Shown here: in pieces, positions 53,879 to 64,000 of the stretch
Position numbering within the stretch: position 1 is the first letter of the stretch
Layout of the letters: every line of letters starts with the position of its first letter
Source of the DNA: Octopus vulgaris
Lineage: Eukaryota
DNA length: 64,000 nucleotides
Direction: 5' to 3'
NCBI GenBank assembly: GCA_951406725.2
Contig: OX597814.1
Location: 193,316,001 to 193,380,000 of the forward strand
Program-made: the position numbers and the translations under genes
Notes under the pieces: model-generated
Databases searched by the model: none
Seen by the model: only the letters and a program-made list of their open reading frames with translations
What the model was told of the DNA's origin: nothing

Positions 53879-55403
53879 GTATGTCGTTTCACTTTATTTA
53901 GTTGCTTATTCTTTCATAGATGTGGCTATGTGGCTAAGAAACTTGCTTCCCAACCTCTTGGTTCCGAGTTCAGTCCCACTGCATGGCACCTTGGGTAAGT
54001 GTCTTCCTGTATAATACAGGGCTGACTAATGCTGTGTGAGTGAATTTGATAAATGGAAATTCTTTTCTTTTCTACTCTAGGCACAAGGCCTGAAATTTTG
54101 GGGTTGTGGTGGTGGGGTGGGGGGGCAGTCAATTACATTGACCCCAGTATGCAACTGATACTTAATTTATCAGCCCCATATCCTACAGGCAACAATCATA
54201 ACAGGTAGACACAAAGGAGAAAATGTTTTTATTCCAAAAATTTCTCTCATACCTACAGATATTCCATTTGAATTTAAAACGCTTCAGTTTTCAGTCAAAC
54301 TAAATTTTGGTATTTCAATTAACAAACCTCAGGGTAAATCACTCAAGGTAGCTGCACTTCATCTCTCTACTACATGCTCCTCTCACGGCCAACTCTGTGT
54401 TAGTTGCTCACGAGTTGGAGGCAACAACATTTTATTAATTTCAAAACCAACAAAAAATTACACAATGAATATTGGAGGTGATAATGAATGATATATATCA
54501 TCATCATCGTTTAACATCCTTCTTCCATGCTGACATAGCTTGGACAGTTTGACAGGAGATAGCCAGGCAGGAGCCTTACCCATGCTTTTCTGTGTCTGTT
54601 TTTGCATGGTTTTTACAGCTGGATGCCCTTCCTAACATCAACCACTCCACATAGTTGGGTCACACACACACCCATACACAACAGCATTCCAAGCTTCCAT
54701 GCATTTTCTATCTACCAAATCTGCTGACAAGATATTGGTTATCCTGGGGCTTCAGTAGTTGCTGAAGGTGCTTGTTTGTTTGTTTAGCGAAGCGGTCTTC
54801 GTCCCATTAGTGGGAGAAGTCCGAAACGTGGTCCTTTGCTATTCGTAAGACCCGCAGAAGAGAAAGCAGGTCAACCCCCGACACCGAGAGCATCGACGGA
54901 TGGATGAATGCGCATCCAGGCTCAGTGGTTGCTTAGGAAGTTGGGGACAAGAAACAGGAAGAAAGAATGAGAGAAAGAGTACAACAGGGGTCGCCACCAC
55001 CCGCTGCCAGAGCCTCGTGGAGCTTTAGGTGTTTTAGCTCAATAAACACACACAACACCCAGTCTGGGAATCGAAACCGCGATCCTCCGACTGCGAGTCC
55101 ACTGCCCTAACCATTGGGCCGTTGCGCCTCCACTGCTGAAGGTGCTGTGCAGTGGGGCTGAACTCAAAACCATTCGCTCGCAAAGTGAGCTTCCTAACCA
55201 CACAGCCATGCCTATACCTGCTTAACCTCTATTTAAATACTTTTATGTAGAAACCTGTTGTCATAAATATTCCAAATAACCCTTTTATTTGATATCCTTT
55301 ACTCAACACTCCCTTATCTCCAAAACAAAATGTTCCATGATGAATAAGAGTAAGTACTTTGGGCTACATTTGATTTTCTCGTCTTCCTTTTTGTCTTTGA
55401 CAG

Positions 55404-55503
55404 CCAGAAGAAGCAGATTCAGGCAAACCTAACCCAGCATATATTGAACAGAAATCTCGGTTGGTTTCATTGTTTAAGCGCCAACTTACAGTGCCACTCC
55501 TTG
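55404..55503 (+). CDS. SART3: SART3 coding exon 5
   Basis: PEEADSGK...SLFKRQLTVPLL; CAG/GTAAGT boundaries. Confidence 0.9.
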
Positions 55504-56669
55504 GTAAGTCCTCTTCATAATTGACCATTGTTGTCAATGATTTTCCTACATTGTTTCATTTTTTTTAAGAAAGTAATTAATTGATCATTAAAGGTTTCTT
55601 CTGAATGTGAGTACAGGACATTTTGGTGCTGCATCTGTCATCGTCATCATCGTTTAACGTCCGCTTTCCATGCTAGCATGGGTTGGACGATTTTGACTGA
55701 GGGCTGGCGAACCAGATGGCTGCACCAGGCTCCAGTCTTGATTTGGCAGAGTTTCTACAGCTGGATGCCCTTCCTAACACCAACCACTCCAAGAGTGTAC
55801 TGGGTGCTTTTTACATGCCACCAGCACGGGGACCAGTCAGGCGGTACTGGCAACGACCTCGCTCAAATCTTTTTACACATGCCACCGGCACAGGTGCCAG
55901 TAAGGCGACGTTGGTAATGATCACGCTCGAATGGGTGCCCTTTTATGTGCCACTGGCATGGAAGCCAGTTGGCTGCTCTGGCAACGATCACGCCCGGATT
56001 GTGCTCTTGACACCCTACTAGCACGGGCACAAGTGTTTAGCAATGCTGGTTCAACATTTGGTTATTTGACATCAGTCATTTGAATGTTGTTTTTCATTCT
56101 CTCCCTCCTACCTTTCTCTCTCTCTCTTTTTCTGTTTATCTGCATGAACATCTAGTTACATTTGTATAACATGTCTGACTACAGATCAGAAGATTCCAGG
56201 TTTGTATCTGGGCAAGCTCGTATTCATTTTTACTGTGCTGCTGCCATGTATATAGTATCCACGTTGGTGCTATGTAAAAAGCACCCAGTACACTCTGTAA
56301 AGTGGTTGGCATTAGGAAGGGCACCCTGATGTAGAAACTGTAGTAAAACAGACTATTGGAGCCTAGTGCAGCACTCCAGCTGGCCAGCTCCTATTGAACC
56401 CTCCAGTTCATGCCAACATAGAAAACAGTTGTTAAATGTTGATGATGATGATCTCTCACTCTTTCTATATTATTTTCTTTTATTCTTGTATTTGTTTCAG
56501 TCATTTGACTGTGGCCATGCTGGAGCACATCCTTTAGTCAAACAAAAACTAGTAGTGTTGAAACTACATGTGTAGACGGGAATTTGGAGACTGTTCTCTT
56601 TCTGAAACCTCAGAACTCTCTTCCTATTATGACACATAAACACATGTTCCTTATATAATGTTGTATCCC

Positions 56670-57200
56670 TAGCAGTTGAGGGAACTTGTTGAAGTGGTAT
56701 ACCCAGGAAGACCTGGGATGAAGCATGGCCTTCGAACATTAGGCTTTACCGAGGCAATGACTAGTGACCAAGACCTTTGGAAATATGCAGTGCATGAGAA
56801 GACCCGGCAAGCCAAGAGAGACCATAACCTATGGCCTATACCACTTATGCATACCTTTCCTTTATTGGACACTAAACTCTGCTTGCAAAGACCTGTTGAG
56901 GCAAGTGAAATCAAATCAAATTTGATGACTGGCACCCGTGCTAGTGGAGTGCTAAGAGCACCATCCGAGCGTGATCGTTGCCAAAGCAGCTGACTGTCTT
57001 CCACGCCGGTGACATGTAAAAATGCCGGTGGCATGTGAAAAGACACTCTCTGAGAGGTTGGCGTTAGGAAGGGCATCCATCTGTAGAAACTGCCAGATCA
57101 GATTGGAGTCTGGTGCTGCCATCTGGTTTGCCAGTCCTCAGTCAAATCGTCCAACCCATGCTAGCATGGAAAGCGGATGTTAAACGATGATGATGATGAT
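56670..57200 (+). mobile_element. RTE-clade LINE 3' fragment with (GAT)n tail
   Basis: Homologous to 60994-61860; frameshifted GRP...LRTLG.TEAM..D.DLWK. Confidence 0.75.
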
Positions 57201-57491
57201 GTTGATTCTAAGGCGGCGAGCACGCCAAGCGGAATGCTTAGCAGTGTTTTGTCTGTCTTTACGTTCTGAGTTCAGATTCTGCCGAAGTCGACTTTGTCTC
57301 TCATCCTTTTGGGGTCAATAAATTAAGTACCAGTTGTGTACTGGGGTCACTCTAATCGACTGGCCTGCTACCCCAAAATTTCGGGCCTTGTTCCTAGAAT
57401 AGAAAAGAATATTGTTATATTCTGTTATAAAGCTGAATGTTAAGTTTTATTTTTCAAGAATGCTATGATGTGGACATTATTATTCTTGCAG

Positions 57492-57619
57492 GAATTAAAG
57501 ATACATATGCTGAATTGAAAGAATGGTTCCCTGAACTGGCATCGGACAAAACCTTCCAACAGATTTACCAGCAGACACTCAGTAAATTGGAAAAATTAAA
57601 ACCTTTTGAAAAAGAACTG
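57492..57619 (+). CDS. SART3: SART3 coding exon 6
   Basis: GIKDTYAELKEW...LEKLKPFEKEL; phases consistent. Confidence 0.9.
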
Positions 57620-57629
57620 GTATGTATTA

Positions 57630-58133
57630 CTAGGTCAAGGAAAAAGTTTGTGCACCATGTTAAAATAACGTTAAAGTTTATTCAAAAACAACAACAACTA
57701 TTCTTCTAAATAAAGACCATCATTTTCCATGACCTTCTGCCAATGATCCTGCAAGCTTTTGGATTTGGTCAAAGTACCAATCCTTTGGCTTTGAATCGAA
57801 AAATTCTTGACAGGCTTCTTCAACTTCATCGAATGACTCAAATTGGTGACCTTCCATAAAGTGCTGCATTGGTCAGAAGAGACCGTAGTCAGATGGAGAA
57901 TGTCTGGACTATAGGCTGGATGCGGCAGAACTTCCACACCATCCAATTCTTCAGTCTTGTTGCTGGTCTTTCTGGTGGTGTGTGGCTTTGCATTGTCCTG
58001 TTAAAACAAAGCATGTTTTCGATGAACAAGTCTTGGTTAATTTTCAACCTGCACATCGTAGACTCGATCAAGTTGCACCATATAAAAAAGCATTATCTTA
58101 ACACGGTACACAAAATCTTTTTCCTTGGCCTAA
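57630..58133 (-). mobile_element. Deleted mariner remnant in SART3 intron
   Basis: VLPHPAYSPD motif; TIR TAGGTCAAGGAAAAAG / CTTTTTCCTTGGCCTA with TA flanks. Confidence 0.8.
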
Positions 58134-58891
58134 TATTTGTTACAAATGAGAAGTTAGTTTTGCAATCGCATCAGAGGTATGTGATTAGTTTTTAATTTGA
58201 AGGCAGATAGTTTGTTAGTTTTGTAATTTACATTTATGAATTAACTTTCTTGTGTAACCTCCTTCATGAGCATGTCAGTACTGGCACCTGTGCTGGTGGC
58301 ATGTGTAAAAAGATTTGAGCAAGCTCGTTGCCAGTACCGCCTGACTGGCCCCCATGCCGGTGGCGCGTAAAAAGCACCCACTACACTCTCGGAGTGGTTG
58401 GCGTTAGGAAGGATATCCAGCTGTAGAAACATTGCCAGATCAAGATTGGAGCCTGGTACAGCCATCTGGTTCGCCAGCCCTCAGTCAAACGTCCAACCCA
58501 TGCTAGCATGGAAAGCGGACGTTAAACAATGATTATGATGATGATGCTATTGTCTTCAATCTTCATTTTCTATTTTATTTTGAGATAATAGTTCATCAAG
58601 AGAAAGGGTGCAGTGTCCATGGCCTTTATAGGCCTTTCCTCACATGATACATTGTTACGGTTGATGTTGAATTTCACCTGATAAAAACCAGTTTGGGGGA
58701 AGGGTATTCCAGTGGGTTGCACTCTAGAGAAGGACCGAGACAGAGGAGGTGTTTTTCCTCAGTCTGGAAAATGAGATGCAACAAGGGAGGAGTAGCTAAA
58801 GTAGACGATGAGCAAGGGTGGGCAATTAGTTTGTCTTTCTTCTTTTCTTTCTTTACTCTTTTGACCATTTGTTATGTTGGACTATTTTCAG

Positions 58892-59053
58892 GCTGCAACA
58901 GATGAGTATTATGCCAAGATGGAAGCTTATTATAAATACATTGAATATGAACTCAGTCTGGATGACCCCGCCCGAATACAGTGTATATATGAACGGGCAA
59001 TTACACATGGATACTTGAATGCAGAACTTTGGCTCCAGTATACACGCTATTTG
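58892..59053 (+). CDS. SART3: SART3 coding exon 7
   Basis: Y..YIEYE....DPARIQCIYERAI.....NAELWLQY..YL HAT repeat. Confidence 0.95.
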
Positions 59054-59961
59054 GTGAGTGGATCATTAGTTACTCTTTACTCTTTTACTTGTTTCAGTCA
59101 TTTGACTGCGGCCATGCTGGAGCACCGCCTTTAGTCGAGCAAATCGACCCCAGGATTTATTCTTTGTAAGCCTAGTACTTATTCTATCAGTCTCTTTTGC
59201 CGAACCGCTAAGTTACCAGGACATAAACATCGGTTATCAAGCGATATTGGGGGAACAAACACAGCCACACAAACATACACACACACACACACACATCATC
59301 ATCATTTAATGTCCGCTTTCCATGCTAGCATGGGTTATATATATATATATACATATATGACACACACACACATATATCCACTCTACTGGTTGGTTGGTTG
59401 GCTGATGTTAGGAAGGGCATCCAATCATAAAACCCTGCCAAAATAGACACAGAAGTATGGTGCAGGCTCCTGCCTAGCCAGCTCTTGTCAAACTATTCAA
59501 CCCATGCCAGCATGGAAAGCAAATGTTAAATGATGATGGTGATGATTGTGTGTGTGTGTGTTCCATTACTGCTTGACAACTGGTGTTAGTTTGTTTACTT
59601 CCCTGTAACTTAGCAGTTTGGCAAAAGAGGTTGATAGAATAAGTGCTGGGCTTAAAATAAATACTGGAGTTTGGTTTATTCAACTAATGATTCTTCAAAG
59701 TGATGGCCCAACATGGCAATAGTCTAATCACTGAAACATAAATTTTAAAGGAAGACAGATATGGTTTCAATATTTGTTTTACAATTCCCAGCAGGTCGTA
59801 AGACTATATGGAAGCTTTCCTGTTGGTTCTTAGGCAAAAAAACCTCCTTGAGAATCACTTTAGTAATGCAATGCTAGTTTTAAAATTTCGTTTCTATGGA
59901 AACTTGGAATTTGACACTTTCAGATTTACTGAAAATTTTATGTTTTTTTTGTGTATTTAAG

Positions 59962-60100
59962 GACACCAAGTTACCCATCAAAAAAGTTGTTCTGTCAGCT
60001 TACGAACGTTCTGTGAGAAATTGTCCTTGGAAAGCAGAACTGTGGGGTCGTTATATCTTAGCAATGGAACGACACAAGGAACCAGATGTGAAGATAACAG
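59962..60100 (+). CDS. SART3: SART3 coding exon 8
   Basis: DTKLPIKKVVLSAYERSVRNCPWKAELWGRYILAMERH. Confidence 0.95.
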
Positions 60101-60993
60101 GTAAATATCTCTGATGTTTATACATCATCATTGTTGTGTTGAATCTCTGTCGATGCTCTTTTACATAATTACATCACCTTTCCTTCATTGGACACTAAGC
60201 TCTGCTTGTGAAGACCTGTTGAGGCACGTGAAATCGAAATCAAATTTGATGACTGGCATCTGTGCTAGTGGAGTGCTAAGAGCACCATCTGAGCGTGATC
60301 GTTGCCAAAGCAGCTAACTGGCTTTCGTGCTGGTGGCATGTAAAAAGCACCATTCAAGCGTGATCGCTACCTGTGTCGCCTTATTGGCACTTGTGCTGGT
60401 GGTACGTGAAAAAAGAATCGCGCGACGTCGTTGCCAGTGCCGTTGGACTGGCTCCTGTGCAGGTGGCATGTAAAAAGCACCATTTGAGCGTGGCTGTTGC
60501 CAGTACCACCTGACTGGCCCATGAGCCAGTGGCACGTAAAAGCACCACTACACTCTCAGACTGGTTGGCATTAGGAAGGGCATCCAGCTGTAGAAACTCT
60601 GCCAGATCAGATTGGAGCCTGGTGCAGCCATCTGGTTGGCCAGTCATCAGTCAAATCGTCCAACCCATGCCACCATGATAAGTGGATGTTAAACGATCAT
60701 GATGACATCACAGACAGGTTGTAGAATACATCATTGTCATAATCAGGCTAGATAGGCATAACCGGTTTGTGTTTTTACATTCAGCTGATGCTAAACTGTA
60801 TATTGATTCGTTGTCTTAGCTGGGTTGTACATCAAATCACTGTCATACAAGGCTGTAAAGTACATCGTCATTGTGTTATTGTCAGGCTGTATAGTACATC
60901 ATTATGACATGGTTAGCATCATCATCATGAGTGTGCATCATATTTTCAGTTAAACGGACAAAACAACAATTTTCACTGTTACCTGTTCTGGTA

Positions 60994-61860
60994 TCATCAT
61001 TATCATCATCATCATCATTGTTTAATGTCCACTTTCCATGCTAGCATGGGTTGGACAATTTGACTGAGGTCTGGCGAACCAGATGGCTGCACCAGGCTCC
61101 AATCTAATCTGGCAGAGTTTTTTTACAGCTGGATGCCCTTCCTAACACCAACCACTCCAAGAGTGTAGTGGGTGCTTTTATGTGTCACTGGCACGAGGGC
61201 CAGTCAGGTGGTACTGGTAACAGCCACACTCAAATGGTGCTTTTTATGTGCCACTCACACAGGAGCCAGTCCAGCGGCACTGGCAACGACCTCGTTCGAA
61301 TGTTTTTTCATGTGCCACCAGCACAAGTGCCAGTAAGGCGACACAGGTAAAGATCATGCTCGAATGGTGCTTTTTACATGCCACCAGTACGGATGCTGGT
61401 TTGTTGCTCTGGCAACGATCACATTCAGATGGTACGGATGCCAGTCATTGAATTTGATTTCGATTTTGATTTCACTTGCCTCAACAGGTCTTTGCAAGCA
61501 GAGTTTAGTGCCCAATGAAGGAAAGGTACGTGTTACATAAGTGGGCTGGTTACACCCCTGGCATAGGCCACGAGGTTATGGTCTCACTTGGCTTGCCGGG
61601 TCTTCTCAAGCACAGCATATTTCCAAAGGTCCCGGTCACAAGTCATAGCCTCGGTGAGGCCCAGTGTTCGAAGGTCATGCTTCACCACCTCATCCCAGGT
61701 CTTCCTGGGTCTACCTCTTCCACAGGTTCCCTCAACTGCTAGGGTGTGGCACTTTTTCACACAGCTATCCACACCCATTCTCACCACATGACCATACCAG
61801 CACAGTCGTTTCTCTTGCACACCACATCAGATGCTTCTTAGGTCCAACTTTTCTCTCAAC
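60994..61860 (-). mobile_element. RTE-clade LINE 3' end with repetitive 3' UTR and (GAT)n tail
   Basis: RL.WYGHV.RM....CVKK...L.V.G...RGRPRKTW motif of the RTE ORF C-terminus; 3' UTR fragments recur at 51440-51890, 55640-56035, 58278-58545 and 60180-60700. Confidence 0.88.
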
Positions 61861-62538
61861 TCTATTGACCCAGAAAGGATGAAAGACAAAGTTGATCTCA
61901 GCGGAATTTGAACTCAGAACGTAAAGACAGACGAAATACCTTTAAGCATTTCACCTGGTGTGCTAATGTTTCTGCCAGCTTGCCACCTTAAAATCTATAA
62001 AATATTCTTTTCTTTTCTACTCGAGGTACAAAGCCCGAAATTTGTGGGGAGGGGGCCAGTTGATTAGATTGACCTCAGTACGCAACTGGTACTTAATCTA
62101 TCAACCCCGAAAGGATGAAAAGCAAAGTTGACCTCAGCGGAATTTGAACTCAGACAGACGAAATACCGCTAAGCATTTCACCCAGTGTGCTAATGTTTCT
62201 TATTTCTTTATTGCCCACAAGGAGCTAAACACAGAGGGGACAAACAAAGTGATTAAGTCGATTACATCGACCCCAGTGCATAACTGGTACGTAATTTATC
62301 GACCCCGAAAGGATGAAAGGCAAAGTCGACCTCAGCGGAATTTGAACTCAGAACGTAAAGACAGATGAAATACCGCTAAGCATTTCACCCAGTGTGCTAA
62401 CGTTTCTACCAGCTTGCTGCCTTAACTATGACCTCTATAGCTGTGATTTCCATTTCATTTTTAATAGAAGATCTTTATGAACAAACTCAGTTCAGCCGAG
62501 ACCTTTTTTAAATGTAATCTTCTCAATTTTCATGACAG

Positions 62539-62646
62539 ATCTTTATGAACAAGCCATCAATTCAGGATTTACTGAACCAACAGACTTTCTCCATGTCTAT
62601 ACAGTATTTTGTGACTATAAACGCAGACGAATTGACTGGACTAAAG
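62539..62646 (+). CDS. SART3: SART3 coding exon 9 (gene continues beyond window)
   Basis: DLYEQAINSGFTEPTDFLHVYTVFCDYKRRRIDW; CAG/GTATGT boundaries; RRMs not reached. Confidence 0.9.
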
Positions 62647-63352
62647 GTATGTCTTATCCATAATCGATCTCTTGCTTTCATGTTGAGCACTGGAGTCAAT
62701 ATAATTGTCTCACCTCCTTCATATATAAATCGTGTGTGTCCCAGTTTTGCAAGTATTCTGTATATTTGTGTATTGTATAAGGTGAGCAAAGGGTCGGCAT
62801 CAGGAAATGCATCCAGTTGTAAAACCCTACCTTAAAAAGGGAGCCATAACAGTTTGATTAAGGCGATCCACAAACTTAATTTCTGCTGTAGCAGGGGAAA
62901 TAGTCTTAAACCTTTATATGCATATTTATATTTTCTGCATTATTAAGTTTCTTTTTATCAAAATATATCGTTTAATATCTGCCTTCCATGCTGGCATGGG
63001 TGGGATGGTTTGACAGGAGCCAGCCAGGCGGAAGCCTACACCAGACATCTGTGATTGTTTTGGCAGGATTTTTACAGCTGGATGCCCTTCCTAACACCAA
63101 CCACTCTGCAGAGATAAATATTTCAATTACCTGAAGATTGGCTGTAACCATAACTCGAATTATTACGAATTGGACAGCCATGAAACGCTCGTAGTGTTTT
63201 ACTCATTATCTTTTATTAAACTTTTAATACTTATGATATATATTTAAAATAATATAAATTAATTAATTTTATGTATTGGCTTAAGTTTTTCATTGTTTGA
63301 TTTGCCTAATAGTGGTTTTATCTCTAATTTAATATAATATATATATATATAT

Positions 63353-63650
63353 ATATCTGTACATATAATATGTGACAATTATTCGGTAGCCATGATAAAA
63401 CTCCAAGTTTCGGATGTCAGACAGACACCCACGCCTCCATCTCTTCAGTTATCCGGCTATCGAAAAAATGCTATGAAATGACCGGTCAGTCATTTTTGTA
63501 GCATTTTTTCGACCATTCAGTCATTTTCATAGCATTTTCTCGATGACTGGATAACTGAAGAGATGGCGGCATGGGTTTCCGTCCTGACATCTGAAACTCA
63601 GAGTTTTATCATGGCTAACGAATAATTATCACATATTATATTTACAGATA
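63353..63650. repeat. Inverted repeat with hammerhead-like motif in each arm
   Basis: Plus 63550-63610 GATAA-CTGAAGA-GATG..CATCT-GAAACTC(A)GAGTT-TTATC; mirror copy on minus at 63394-63453. Confidence 0.65.
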
Positions 63651-64000
63651 AATTCCTCTATTTACATAATATCGAGGTCTCTTTCTTTCTTTTGTTGTCT
63701 TACCATTTCTATCAATATATATATATATATCTGTCATGCTTGAGAAGACCCATCAAGCCAAGCAAAATTGCAGTTGTGGCAGATACCAGTGTCATGCAAA
63801 TGGCACCCATACCAGTGGCGTGTAAAAGCACAGATTACACTCTTGGAATGGTTGGCATTAGGAAGGGCATCCAGTCATAGAAAACCATGCCAAATCAGAC
63901 TGGAACCTGGTGTAGCTTTCTAGCATGTCAGCCCGGTAAAACTGTCCAACCCATGCCAGCATGGACAACAGACTTTAAATGATGATGATATAAATATATG

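Overview
AT-rich, repeat-dense eukaryotic DNA. The SINE, Helitron and microsatellite content suggests an octopus or other coleoid cephalopod (inference). The first ~45 kb has no convincing host protein gene. It is a mosaic of tRNA-derived SINE monomers and multimers, Tc1/mariner remnants, Helitrons, MITEs, LINE fragments (CR1/L2, Tx1-like) and microsatellites, with one intact tRNA-Cys(GCA) and a broken tRNA-Tyr. From 47809 the + strand carries nine coding exons of a SART3/Prp24 orthologue that runs off the window. The most striking non-coding signal is a set of about a dozen minimal hammerhead-ribozyme-like motifs inside direct or inverted repeats next to (TA)n tracts, resembling Penelope-like pLTR remnants. 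Also notable: SINE concatemers flanked by a single TSD with subtype-specific junctions, a probable twin-primed Tx1 insertion sharing its 3' end with that SINE, and CpG decay of repeats concentrated in the SART3 gene body. All calls were made by eye; no database searches or folding programs were run.
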